A stretch of 58,110 nt of DNA, taken from contig JBMZJQ010000005.1 in the NCBI GenBank assembly GCA_049617635.1, positions 1 through 58,110 on the forward strand. Direction: 5' to 3'. Made by a program: the position numbers and the translations under genes. Shown piece after piece: positions 18,710-28,647 of this stretch. A model generated the notes under the pieces. It had not been told where the DNA came from. It saw only the letters and a program-made list of their open reading frames with translations, and made no database searches. This stretch comes from Poseidonia sp. (GTDB lineage: Archaea > Thermoplasmatota > Poseidoniia > Poseidoniales > Poseidoniaceae). How positions within the stretch are numbered: the stretch's first letter is position 1; every line of letters begins with the position of its first letter.

Positions 18710-20119
18710 TCAAGCGGGGTTGACGCGCAGCCCACGCATAAGAAGCACATCCGGAACGTGCATGCTCCCAGAGGAATACGACCCCTGACGGCGGACATCG
18801 TCCCCAAGCAACACCTCGCCGGTCAGTGCCTTCGCAAGGTTTCCGGACAAGCCGGCTTGCTTGAGGGCACCCACCACCTCGCCATCCTGGACGCGAAGAA
18901 TGGAACTGGTGGTTACCGAGAAATCACCGCTGCTCGGGTTGGCCGTGTGCGCCCCCATCACGCTGTTCACGACGTACCCGTTGTCCATGGTGGCCAACAA
19001 ACGGTCCCAGTCGAGTGAGCCTTGCTGGCTGGTCAGGAACAACTCGGTGCAGCCTGTTGAAGGCGGTGACTGGTGACCGCCTGCCGAAGCCGAACCGGTG
19101 GAAGCAGCATGGTCGATACGACCCTCTGCAACTTGTTGCGCTGCATCACGCGTGGACCACAGCATGGTGGTGAGGCGACCTTCTTCGATCAGGCTCTGTT
19201 GCCTTCGAGGCACGCCCTCAGCGTCGCGTGAGCCCGAGGACATACCCCCTTCGAGCAACCCGTTATCGGTGATGCTGAGGGCTTCGTTGATGACCGTCTG
19301 ACCAAATTTCTCCGACCAAAACGATTCCTTGCGAACCATTTTTTCTCCGGTGATGGCAGGAGGAACCACCATCGAGAACAACGGTGAGAACCCTTCGCTG
19401 GTCAAGACCACCGGCGTGTCCACGGCTTCGCTTTCCACCTCGATGGGGTTTTGCGTGATCTGTGCCCAATGCACGGCTCGTTGAACGCAATCGGGGATAT
19501 CGGGCAAGAGGGTGCGACTGGAGGCTCCTTGATAGGAACTGGTCAACTCGCCGTCCACATCGATGGAAACCTGCAATCCCACCCCGTGGGAGGTGGTCAT
19601 ACCAACCGAAAGAATCCCTTCGCTGTTCATCAGGCATCCGGCGGTCGCAGAAACACCGACACCTCCTCCGGTTACCACGGCACGAGCGTCCAAACTTTGG
19701 ACTTCCGAAAGAATGCTGTCGGCTTGTTCCAACAGGGTTTCAGGACCGACGTCCAACAAGCGTTTGTCAAATCGCCCACCAACCTGTTGTGCAGGTTGCT
19801 CGGAGGGAAGAACGAAGCCGTTGACAGAGGGTGATTTCTTTGCGATTGCCAAGGCTTGTTGGACGGCACGCTCCGCTCCGCTCACGTCGACCAGGTGAGC
19901 AAATCCAAACCGACCTTGGTCAACGACGCGAACGCCAAAGCCACCTTCCCCTCCTCCGCCGGCCATGGTGATTTTTCCAGCCTCGATGTCGAGCTCGTGC
20001 CCGTAGGACTGGAAACCGACCAAATCCCATTGTTCAACACCGCTCGCCCTGCAGGCATCAGCGATGACGTTGGCGTTCGCCAACAAACGGTCTTCAGCAC
20101 CTTCAGGGAGCACGATCAT
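18710..20119 (-). CDS. pmbA: TldE/PmbA family protein
   Basis: GFGVRVV..GRFGFA, DAEGVP, LIEEGRL, MGAHTANPSSGDFS. It lacks HExxH and overlaps tldD by 4 nt. Confidence 0.88.
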   Translation of the reverse strand: MIVLPEGAEDRLLANANVIADACRASGVEQWDLVGFQSYGHELDIEAGKITMAGGGGEGGFGVRVVDQGRFGFAHLVDVSGAERAVQQALAIAKKSPSVNGFVLPSEQPAQQVGGRFDKRLLDVGPETLLEQADSILSEVQSLDARAVVTGGGVGVSATAGCLMNSEGILSVGMTTSHGVGLQVSIDVDGELTSSYQGASSRTLLPDIPDCVQRAVHWAQITQNPIEVESEAVDTPVVLTSEGFSPLFSMVVPPAITGEKMVRKESFWSEKFGQTVINEALSITDNGLLEGGMSSGSRDAEGVPRRQQSLIEEGRLTTMLWSTRDAAQQVAEGRIDHAASTGSASAGGHQSPPSTGCTELFLTSQQGSLDWDRLLATMDNGYVVNSVMGAHTANPSSGDFSVTTSSILRVQDGEVVGALKQAGLSGNLAKALTGEVLLGDDVRRQGSYSSGSMHVPDVLLMRGLRVNPA

Positions 20120-21525
20120 CCCACCAAGGCTTCACGAATGCGCATGACGGGGCCGCCGTCACCAACCGGCACCGTCTGGCCTTTGCCACAGAAGCCGGGG
20201 GAGGCGAGGGCCGCATCTCGGGTGAGACCGTCCACGTTTTTCAGAATCTGAAGGGTGAGGCCACTGACGCTCACGTCCTTGAGCGGACGGGTCAATTCAC
20301 CGTTTTCGATGAGCCATGCTTCCTGGGCCGCAAATTGAAACGAGCCTCGGCCCGTATCGACTTGACCGCCACGAGTGCCGCAGGCGTAAACACCGTACTG
20401 GATGTCTTCCATCAACTCGTCCATGTCGGCGTGCTTGCCACCTTGAATCATGGTGTTCGACATGCGAACAAGGGGGTGATGCAGCCCGTCTTGGGCACGT
20501 GCTCCACCGTTTGGATCCACGCCGAAATGGTGAGCCGTCTCTCGGTGATTGAGGTACTCGGTCAACACCCCGTTCTTGATGAGGACCTTTTCACGGGTGT
20601 CAACACCTTCATCGTCCACAGGGTAGGCGCCGTAGCCGCCCATCATCGTCGGGTCGTCGACCACGGTCACGAGTTCGTTGCCGATTTGGTGGCCCAACTT
20701 TCCATCGAGGCACGAGTCGCCTGCTGCGACGAGGTCAGCCTCGCAAGGGTGGCCCAATGCCTCGTGGATGTACACACCGGTAAGGTCGGGGTCAGCGATG
20801 AGAGGGAGTTTTCCTGATGGGGCTCGTTCTGCGTCAAGGAGGCGGAGAGCCGCACGCTGGGCCTGCTCGCCGAGGCCGACCAAGTCGCATGCCTGAATGA
20901 CTTCCAATCCACCTTGGCCGCCGTGACGGGTACGGTACGAGACCACCTCGCCTGAACGCCGAGCGGTGACCATGCCGTGAATCAACGACCGCTGGAAGGA
21001 CCACACGCGGTCCATGCCTTCGGTGGTCATCAACTCGGTGTGGAGGTGTTCGTCGCTCCAGCCCGTTCGCACCGAGACAATGTCGTCGTGTCCCGTCGCA
21101 CCCCTCAGGAGGTCGTTCATGAGGTCCATTTTGGTGTCCAATTCCGTGTGACGCACGTCCAAGACCGAACGCCAATGCTGCTCGTCCTGAATGACGGGCA
21201 CCTCCGCCAATCCAATGGGGCGTTCGCCGGCCGCACGTCGCTTAGCGACAGCTTTGGCCAGTCGAGTGGTGGACTCAATTTGGTCGGGCAGGGAGGCCAG
21301 ATCGGTGGTGGAATGCACGCCCCACGCCCCGTCAGCGAGCACCCGCAAGGTCATGCCCAATTCCTGCCCGGGGATGGCTCGTTCAAGAACACCATCACGC
21401 ATGGCAACGGTTGACTCGGTGAGCGCTACGACACGAACTTCGGCATAGGTTGCTCCGAAGTCCCTTGCAGCATCAAGGGCAGCGTTCACTTTTTCTTGGT
21501 CCAAATAACGACCCGTAGAGGGCAT
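20116..21525 (-). CDS. tldD: TldD family metalloprotease
   Basis: IHEALGHPCEAD, DDEGV, VRMSNT, GGQVD, CGKGQTVPVGDGGP. Confidence 0.93.
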   Translation of the reverse strand: MPSTGRYLDQEKVNAALDAARDFGATYAEVRVVALTESTVAMRDGVLERAIPGQELGMTLRVLADGAWGVHSTTDLASLPDQIESTTRLAKAVAKRRAAGERPIGLAEVPVIQDEQHWRSVLDVRHTELDTKMDLMNDLLRGATGHDDIVSVRTGWSDEHLHTELMTTEGMDRVWSFQRSLIHGMVTARRSGEVVSYRTRHGGQGGLEVIQACDLVGLGEQAQRAALRLLDAERAPSGKLPLIADPDLTGVYIHEALGHPCEADLVAAGDSCLDGKLGHQIGNELVTVVDDPTMMGGYGAYPVDDEGVDTREKVLIKNGVLTEYLNHRETAHHFGVDPNGGARAQDGLHHPLVRMSNTMIQGGKHADMDELMEDIQYGVYACGTRGGQVDTGRGSFQFAAQEAWLIENGELTRPLKDVSVSGLTLQILKNVDGLTRDAALASPGFCGKGQTVPVGDGGPVMRIREALVG

Positions 21526-21596
21526 GTGGCCTTCACCTTGCTTCGCTGCCATCACCATGGGCAAAAGGAGTCGGCGGTAGCCTTTGAACCCTCCCC

Positions 21597-22163
21597 CTAA
21601 CGGTGGGAGGAACTCTGGTCGTCGGCCATCAAGATGTGAGCAATCAACGCTTCTTGCAGACGCTCATCTGGCCAACCCTCGACATCGATTCCAAGCGTGC
21701 TCATTCCCTCTATAGAAAGCGTCATTGGAATCTCTTCGACCGTCCAACCCAGTTCGTTGACCAAAGCCGCCAAATCAGCCTCAAACCGTTCGGTCTCGGT
21801 GGCGGACGGTTGGAGGTGCCCGAGGTCGTTGGCAACCCCTTCGGCAACCGGGATGGAAGCAACCCATGCGTGTTGTTGTGTATCGGTCCATCCCGCACGG
21901 ACGAAGGCCTCGGAGATATGGTGTGTGCCTGCAAGGTAACGCAAAAATTCTGCATCAACCGAGCGAGCGACCATGGCTGAACGAAGTTCGTTTCTCGTGG
22001 CTTGAATCCAAGCCGTCCACACCTGGTCCAGCGACTGCACACTGTGTTGACCGAGCATCACCCATCGGTTGCTTGGTCGTTGGCGGATGAACGCATCGAT
22101 GGGCGATAGATCACCGGACGAGCCAAGGCGCACCGCTGCGATGGGAAACCGACCCTGCTCCAT
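21597..22163 (-). CDS. cgi121: KEOPS complex subunit Cgi121
   Basis: MVARSVDAEFLRYLAGTHHISEAF matches the Cgi121 ARSxxxExLLYxAGxRQIxxA motif. Lies next to hel308. Confidence 0.8.
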   Translation of the reverse strand: MEQGRFPIAAVRLGSSGDLSPIDAFIRQRPSNRWVMLGQHSVQSLDQVWTAWIQATRNELRSAMVARSVDAEFLRYLAGTHHISEAFVRAGWTDTQQHAWVASIPVAEGVANDLGHLQPSATETERFEADLAALVNELGWTVEEIPMTLSIEGMSTLGIDVEGWPDERLQEALIAHILMADDQSSSHR

Positions 22164-22188
22164 GGTTCAGCCACGCTGTTCCTGTTTT

Positions 22189-24777
22189 TCAAAGGTCGTC
22201 AGACCGTTCCCCTTCCAGCGGTGAATCATCATCTCGCAAGCCTCGTGGCTCAGGCTCCTTTCGACGCACCACACGTTGGATTTCCGCGTTGATTTTCTCC
22301 AGCAACAAAGGCCCCCATCCTCGAAGGCTGAGAAGCGACTCTCGTTGCTTGGATGACATGTGCAACACATCCTTCGGTTCGCGAAGCCCCATGGCGGCCA
22401 GCTCACGGGCTCGCTGACGGCCCACATGACGGATGTTCACGAGATTGAGCAAATCCGGCTTGCAACCGTGTCTGACGCGTTGTTGCAAGACGCTCAATTG
22501 CTGAACGATGCTCGAAACCACAGGAATGTGTTCCTCGGCGAACACATCATCGGTCAACAACACATGTTGCGCCCCTGCCAGCAACCACCCCATGAGGTCG
22601 ACGCGGTGGTGCACATCACCCGGCGAGACATCCAGGCGGCGTTCCAATTCCCGAAGAGTGGTTTCCTCGGTCCACTCTTCGATCATCCACGCACTCTTCA
22701 CGTCGCTCAACATCGCTTCAGCGTAACCGGGCTCAATGAGCAATTCGTCCTCGCTTGCGTTGGCCTTCAGCCATGTTGGTGAATTCATTTCCATGTCTGC
22801 GGTTTTGGCCCACAGCGAAGTGAAATCAGGTGTTGCAACCGAGAGATGGAGCAAGCCAAAGTCCGTCACGGGTGCATCACCCCGCACCATTCTCCGTACG
22901 GCACGCCTCAGGCCACGCCGCAGGATGGAGGCGGAAAGCGGATCGAGGTACAACTGCGTCACGCGTTCACCCATCGCCGTTGCTTCGTAACGCATGCTCG
23001 GGCCGTCCACAGCCACCGCCTCAACGCCGTGAGGGTGTTGGCGAAGATTTGACGCAGAAGAAAACCCGAACGTTGGCAAACCATGAGCCGAAGGTGGACG
23101 AGGAGAGGGTGTTGACGGGGGAGCCCAAGCCACACCCGCTGTGACCGAAGCCGAACTGGCCCAAACGGGAATGGAATCGTCCCAAGACTCCTCCTCGCTG
23201 TCCGAAAGGGCATTGCCTGCTCTGGGCGTGAAATGTTCGTCGTGTCCGCATCGACGAACAAAGCGCTCTTCCACCAACCAGTCAAGCATCGTCGTCAACC
23301 GTTCGTTCAGTTGGTGACGGGGCATGGTTGCGCCCAAAAACGTGGACATGAAGAAGTGTTCAAGATCGCCTTTGTGGAGCAAGCCGCCGGTCGCAATGCT
23401 GGCCAACAGATGCATCCGCATCGCAGGCTCGGAAGCCAATTTGGACGTGATGTCTTCGATGGGTCCGAAGAAGTAACGGTCAGCCACGGCATCAGCCACT
23501 TCCCAACCATCGGTGCCCTTGCAGTAAACCCACGCTTCACCCCGGGTGTCGTATTTTGGACGGCCGGCACGACCCAGCATTTGGTGAACCTCCATCACCG
23601 GAAGCGGACGGCTCATACCGTCGTCCCAACGTTTGAGGTCACGAACCAGCACCCGCCTTGCTGGAAGGTTGACGCCTGCTGCGAGGGTTGGGGTGGCCGT
23701 CAAGGCGACGAGAAGGCCTTGCTTGAACGCCGATTCCACCTCTTTTCGTTGTGCATGGGTCAAGCCAGCATGGTGGAAACCGACGCCACCGGCCAAGCAC
23801 GATGCCAATTGTTCTGCGAGGTTGGATTGCGACCGCCCAGTGAGGCCGTTTGCAAGGTCTTCAAGACGTTTCAAACGGTCAGGGTCTTCGACCGTGAGGC
23901 GCTTTTTCACCCGCTTTGCGAGATTCGTCGCTTCAGATTGTGCACTACGCCGAGTCCCAACGAACATCAACACTTGGCTGGCCTGGTCCAATCCATCGCT
24001 TACCACGCTCCACACAGGGTGACTTTTCAGACCCTCCAAGCGACGAGGCGCCCCCAATGGTGCCACGGAAGCATCATCTCCCGGTGACTGAATCTTCCTC
24101 GGTTCGACGTGAAAATCATGGAAGGTGGCGTATTCAAGAGCGACCGGTCGCCAATCCGATTGAACCAAGGTCGCATCCAGCCATTCAGCGAGTTGAGGGG
24201 CGTTGCCGACCGTGGCCGACAAGGCGATCAACTGCGCATCGGGTTTGATGTGCCGTAACCTGGTCAGGTTGATCTCCAAGGTTGGCCCACGGGTTCCATC
24301 GTTCATGAGATGGAATTCGTCCGCTACCACACAACACAGGTCTGCGACAAGTTCAGGCTGATGGCGCAACAGCGAGTCGAGTTTCTCCGAGGTGCAAACA
24401 AGAATGTTGCATTCTTTGATGTTCTTGGCTTCCGACGTGGCATCACCGATGCCCAAACCGACATCGTATCCCATGGCTTTTCCAATGGCGGAAAGGTCCT
24501 CAAATTTCTCCATGGCCAAGGCTTTCAACGGCACGATGTAGATGGCTTTGGAGCGTTCATGGCCCTCGCTGAGTCGCTTCATCATCCCCAAGTAAGCAAG
24601 AAGCGACTTGCCGGACGCTGTTGGAATCGCCACCAAGGTATTGCGCCCCGAAAGAATGCTCGGCATGGCATCTGCCTGCGGCGGATGAAGCCGTTCAATT
24701 CCCCATTCCTGACCGAGAAAATCGAGCAGTCGTTGGGGCAACGGCAACGACGAAACGTTCCGTTCTGCCGGCTCCAT
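22189..24777 (-). CDS. hel308: ATP-dependent Ski2-like DNA helicase Hel308/Hjm
   Basis: LHPPQ, PTASGKS, VPLKALA, DEFH, LSAT, WRPV, FHHAGL, TPTLAAGVNLPA, QMLGRAGRP, LYLDP, and HhH VGRQRAR. Start moved to ATG 24777. Confidence 0.93.
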   Translation of the reverse strand: MEPAERNVSSLPLPQRLLDFLGQEWGIERLHPPQADAMPSILSGRNTLVAIPTASGKSLLAYLGMMKRLSEGHERSKAIYIVPLKALAMEKFEDLSAIGKAMGYDVGLGIGDATSEAKNIKECNILVCTSEKLDSLLRHQPELVADLCCVVADEFHLMNDGTRGPTLEINLTRLRHIKPDAQLIALSATVGNAPQLAEWLDATLVQSDWRPVALEYATFHDFHVEPRKIQSPGDDASVAPLGAPRRLEGLKSHPVWSVVSDGLDQASQVLMFVGTRRSAQSEATNLAKRVKKRLTVEDPDRLKRLEDLANGLTGRSQSNLAEQLASCLAGGVGFHHAGLTHAQRKEVESAFKQGLLVALTATPTLAAGVNLPARRVLVRDLKRWDDGMSRPLPVMEVHQMLGRAGRPKYDTRGEAWVYCKGTDGWEVADAVADRYFFGPIEDITSKLASEPAMRMHLLASIATGGLLHKGDLEHFFMSTFLGATMPRHQLNERLTTMLDWLVEERFVRRCGHDEHFTPRAGNALSDSEEESWDDSIPVWASSASVTAGVAWAPPSTPSPRPPSAHGLPTFGFSSASNLRQHPHGVEAVAVDGPSMRYEATAMGERVTQLYLDPLSASILRRGLRRAVRRMVRGDAPVTDFGLLHLSVATPDFTSLWAKTADMEMNSPTWLKANASEDELLIEPGYAEAMLSDVKSAWMIEEWTEETTLRELERRLDVSPGDVHHRVDLMGWLLAGAQHVLLTDDVFAEEHIPVVSSIVQQLSVLQQRVRHGCKPDLLNLVNIRHVGRQRARELAAMGLREPKDVLHMSSKQRESLLSLRGWGPLLLEKINAEIQRVVRRKEPEPRGLRDDDSPLEGERSDDL

Positions 24778-24865
24778 ATGGCCGTACTTTGGCCAGCGGT
24801 TCAAAAGGACAGCGGAGGAACCTCTCGGCCGACACCCATAAGGCCCACCTTTGCGTGGTCGTTGC

Positions 24866-25483
24866 ATGAGCGATGATGTCGAATCCTTGGTTGAAGAACG
24901 CCTCTCGGTGTTTGATGATGAGCCAGACCTGAACGATTGGGTCGAAGTCATGTGCGGTGCGGCCATGGTCGTGCTCGGCGTGTTTCACCTCGTGGAACCC
25001 GGAGACCTCGTCGATGCCAACGTGATGCGTTGGTTTTCGGCGGCCATTGTTGCTGCGGGCGCTGTGTGGGCTGGCCACGGTCTGAAGGACATGGCCGTCA
25101 AGGAAGTGCGACGCTCCATCGCCTTGCTCGACATGGCCGAAGGAGGCACGGGTGTTGACACCGGCCTCATCCGTGATGTCTTGATGCATCAAGAAGCGTA
25201 CCGGGATTTCCTCGTCCATGCTTACGAATCTGCTTGGAAGGACGGCGTGATCACCGAAGAGGAATTGCGTGAACTCAAATCCTTCCAAACCGCATTGGGC
25301 ATCAGCGATGAAGACGCCGCTGACATGAACGTCAAGGCGGCCATCAAATCGGCAGCAGCAGACGGAGAAATCTCCGAATCCGAAGCGAAATCCATCGACG
25401 AGGCCGCAAAAGCTGCCAACATGACACCCGACGAAGTCTCGGATGCCGTGAACTCCGAATTGGAGAAGCAGGGCTCGTCCTGA
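24866..25483 (+). CDS. Membrane protein with TerB-like repeats
   Basis: Two TM segments, then AWKDGVITEEELRELKSFQTALGIS and AAADGEISESE (TerB-like ADGxIxxxE motif). Confidence 0.6.
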   Translation: MSDDVESLVEERLSVFDDEPDLNDWVEVMCGAAMVVLGVFHLVEPGDLVDANVMRWFSAAIVAAGAVWAGHGLKDMAVKEVRRSIALLDMAEGGTGVDTGLIRDVLMHQEAYRDFLVHAYESAWKDGVITEEELRELKSFQTALGISDEDAADMNVKAAIKSAAADGEISESEAKSIDEAAKAANMTPDEVSDAVNSELEKQGSS

Positions 25484-25485
25484 GC

Positions 25486-27558
25486 CTACTCCCACTGCCT
25501 ACGCTCGTTGCGATAGGTCTGAGCGAGTTGTTGGGCTTCCCGTGAACGGCGGAATTCCATGGAGGTCGCCAGCACACCAAGCAGCAGGCCGAGCCACATC
25601 AACATCGATGCATACGGAATCAATCCAGCGGCGTTACGAACATCCCACTGTGGTGGCACGTCACTCGCGTCAAATCCGTTGGATGCTGAGAAGGTGACGT
25701 CGAGCAGATCCAAATCGCAATCGCACAGACTGATGGAGATGCGTTCGGGAAAAAGCGAGCCTTGAATCCGCACCCAATCCGCCGAGGAGATACTCGTCGG
25801 CCGGGTGCTCCATGCAGGCGCTGCGTAGGAACCTGCAGCCTGCGTGGTCACCATGGTCGTGTCGATGTGGAACACCGAGGAGGTGGGTGCCTCATCGACC
25901 ACCAGCAGGGCCTCCAGCATGAGAAGGTCCAACAGCAAAGACCGCCCGGCCAACAACACGAACCTCACGGTTTGGCTCTCCAGCATCCCGGTGGAGGATT
26001 GCTGGGTTTGTGCCTCAGCAACTTGACCGAAGATGGCCTGGTCCAATCGGAGCGATTGAAGTTCGGGGACGACAAGCTGCCAACGTCCATCTTGAAGTGG
26101 AATAGCCTCATCGATGGTTAACTTGAGTTTCAACGACTCCCCATCAAGCATCCCCCATGTGGCTCCCGTGTGCGTGTACAATGTTTGTTCCGGCACGCCT
26201 TCGGCAGAAACATCCCAAAGTTGCTGCAGGCGCATATCGATGAGTTCGTCAAGGGTGATTTCATCGGCGTGCTGAACCTCATCTGCCATGGCCAAGAGAG
26301 GATGGATCACGCCCGCCAACAACAACAGGAACACGCCAGGTAGGAAGAGGCCAAAGCGGAGGCTGTAAGACGTTGTGGGTCGGAAGGCAACGAGCAGGAA
26401 CACCCCCAACATCACCACCGATAACAGCAACAAGGCGATGCCTTGGTCGTGCAAGACATACGGGTCATCGAGATTTCCAATCAAGGCGGCCCCCTGAGGA
26501 TAATAACTCGCTGAAGCAAAACCGCTGGGGTCGGTGGGGCCCATGCTTTCGTAGCCAAACACACCCGACCAGGCATACGGTTGCAACTTGTCGGGTGAAC
26601 CGTGCATACAAAGCGAATAGTCACCCGTGGACAAGGCCCTCCACCGATACGTCATCTTCAACGATGCTCCATCGTCGTCCACCAGCACTTCAGGGGCAGG
26701 TGCTCTTCGACCCGATGCTGTGATCAAATCCGGTACAGGATGGGGCTGTTCCAACTCAATGGGAACGTTTTCCCATTCCACCATGAGCCGCAAGACTTCG
26801 TGGGTTTCGACTTCAAACGACCAACAGTCGTGGTCTGCGCCAACAAGGGCCCCTCGATGAACGTCCTCAAACGCTGTTTCACGGGGTTGTGTCGTGGAAG
26901 AGGGCTCATCGAGGTCAACCGCTGCGGCGTCCATTGACCAAGGGATATCAAGTTCCATCCACGACGCCCCCCGCATGTACAGCGTCCACGTGCCCGGCCG
27001 ATCGAGCGTGGCCGAGATGACCAGTCGGATGGGTTCACCGTCCCAAAGCACACGACCCGCCGACAGGGACAAGGACTCGTCTTCCAGCACATAGGGCGAC
27101 GGTGTCGCCGATGGAAGCGTGGAGGCTTCAAACGTCCACGTGTTGACGTTTTGTCCAACGATGAGACGAACATCAAGTTCTGGCCGGAACAAACTTCCTG
27201 TTTCCGTTTGGTGACGAAAATCCACTTCGAGATGACGCAATTGCTCAGGAAGCAGAGCCACGTGTTCTTGAGCAGGGTCGGCGTTGAATTCGAACGTGAC
27301 CGTCTCCTGCTGGAAAAGATTGGCTGAGGATTGACCGGAGACCGTTTCTTCGCCGATTGGGGTGGGCGTTAACACGCAATCGTTGTCCGCTCGGCACGAC
27401 AGGTACAGGTCACCGCCACCGTCTTCAGCCGTCAGTCCGGCTGAGACGTTGCTCGCGAACATCGGATGAGAAACGAGCGCGAACAAGACCACGACGGTCA
27501 GGAGCGAACGGCGTTTCAACATCTCAACCGTTGCTTGGATTGAGCCCCAGTATATCAT
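25486..27558 (-). CDS. Hypothetical secreted/membrane protein (signal peptide, beta-rich ectodomains, three TMs)
   Basis: Long ORF with a RRSLLTVVVLFALV signal, two internal TMs and a C-terminal TM. ATGA overlap with the upstream gene supports start 27558. Confidence 0.7.
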   Translation of the reverse strand: MIYWGSIQATVEMLKRRSLLTVVVLFALVSHPMFASNVSAGLTAEDGGGDLYLSCRADNDCVLTPTPIGEETVSGQSSANLFQQETVTFEFNADPAQEHVALLPEQLRHLEVDFRHQTETGSLFRPELDVRLIVGQNVNTWTFEASTLPSATPSPYVLEDESLSLSAGRVLWDGEPIRLVISATLDRPGTWTLYMRGASWMELDIPWSMDAAAVDLDEPSSTTQPRETAFEDVHRGALVGADHDCWSFEVETHEVLRLMVEWENVPIELEQPHPVPDLITASGRRAPAPEVLVDDDGASLKMTYRWRALSTGDYSLCMHGSPDKLQPYAWSGVFGYESMGPTDPSGFASASYYPQGAALIGNLDDPYVLHDQGIALLLLSVVMLGVFLLVAFRPTTSYSLRFGLFLPGVFLLLLAGVIHPLLAMADEVQHADEITLDELIDMRLQQLWDVSAEGVPEQTLYTHTGATWGMLDGESLKLKLTIDEAIPLQDGRWQLVVPELQSLRLDQAIFGQVAEAQTQQSSTGMLESQTVRFVLLAGRSLLLDLLMLEALLVVDEAPTSSVFHIDTTMVTTQAAGSYAAPAWSTRPTSISSADWVRIQGSLFPERISISLCDCDLDLLDVTFSASNGFDASDVPPQWDVRNAAGLIPYASMLMWLGLLLGVLATSMEFRRSREAQQLAQTYRNERRQWE

Positions 27559-28091
27559 TGGGCGTCCTTGACGGCGATGTCCTCCAGAACGCACCGGCAG
27601 GTGCGACAGAGATAGCGCCCGGCCGCTTTTCGTTGTCGAGGGAATTCTTGCTCACACTGTGGACATCGCCACATCCAAGACGCCCGAGATGACCGCATGG
27701 CGTGGGTAAACGAAGGGCCCATTGCGGCTGCTTCTGCATGTGGCCAACAGGCTTCAAGGGCCCGAAACGCGGGGTCGTGCGCTCGCCAACCGAGGGCGTG
27801 CAGAAATTCGTGATACAGGACAAAAGCGGCATACTCCCACCACAAGGGTTGGAGAAGAACCGGGTGTAGTTCCACAGAATGGACCATCAACTGACCGTCT
27901 GGCAGACGATTCCAACGCGTCACCCCGTGTCGCTGCGTTGCGCTCTTGCGAAGCACCCCCAACGCTTGTTGGCGAAGTTGGTTCACCATCTTCAGGTCGA
28001 TGAAATCCATGGCTTCCATTTGACCCAGCACCTCCTCTCGCAAACGCTCCAGCGCTTGTGACTGTTCGGTATTGGGGCGCGCCAAGAACAA
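27555..28091 (-). CDS. SprT-like zinc metalloprotease with C-terminal zinc ribbon
   Basis: VLYHEFLHALGWRAHDPAF (HExxH...H), CPQC...YLCRTC. Confidence 0.75.
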   Translation of the reverse strand: MFLARPNTEQSQALERLREEVLGQMEAMDFIDLKMVNQLRQQALGVLRKSATQRHGVTRWNRLPDGQLMVHSVELHPVLLQPLWWEYAAFVLYHEFLHALGWRAHDPAFRALEACWPHAEAAAMGPSFTHAMRSSRASWMWRCPQCEQEFPRQRKAAGRYLCRTCRCVLEDIAVKDAQ

Positions 28092-28094
28092 CCC

Positions 28095-28571
28095 TCACGA
28101 CCATCGGTGATAGGCAGGGTGGCCTTCTTTGACAGCGACGAAGAGACCGCTTCCTGTAGCACACACCTTTCCTTCGGCCTCCAGGGTCAAGGTGACGGTA
28201 GCCCGGTCCTCCAACAACTCAACCACTTCGCTGGTCACGGTAAGGGGGGTGGATACGGGGGTTGGACGTCTCAACTTCACCTCGTAGGTGGCGGTGACCG
28301 TACAGGGCGGTTCGTCCAATCCCTGTTCATCCATCAGCGCCACGGCCGCTGTCCAGTTTCCGTGGCAGTCGAGCAGCGTACCGATGATGCCGCCGTTGAC
28401 CATCCCTGGAAAGGCCTGATGTTGGTCTTCTGCTCGAAATTCCATGACCAATCCTCCATCGATTCGGTGCGAATCGATTTGGAGGCCCTGTTCGTTCGCT
28501 GGCCCACAGCCAAAACAAATCGATGAGGGTGCATACATGCGCTGAACGCCAAGCTTGTCCATGGCCGTCAT
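28095..28571 (-). CDS. PaaI-family hotdog-fold thioesterase
   Basis: CFGCGPANEQGL, GMVNGGIIGTLLD, VTATYEVKLRRPTP. Confidence 0.88.
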   Translation of the reverse strand: MTAMDKLGVQRMYAPSSICFGCGPANEQGLQIDSHRIDGGLVMEFRAEDQHQAFPGMVNGGIIGTLLDCHGNWTAAVALMDEQGLDEPPCTVTATYEVKLRRPTPVSTPLTVTSEVVELLEDRATVTLTLEAEGKVCATGSGLFVAVKEGHPAYHRWS

Positions 28572-28647
28572 GGAGACACGACGCTTCATGGTTCTTCCCT
28601 CCCGAACAAGCGGAGCGTTGATGATGGAGGCGAGTGTGGCGAAAACC

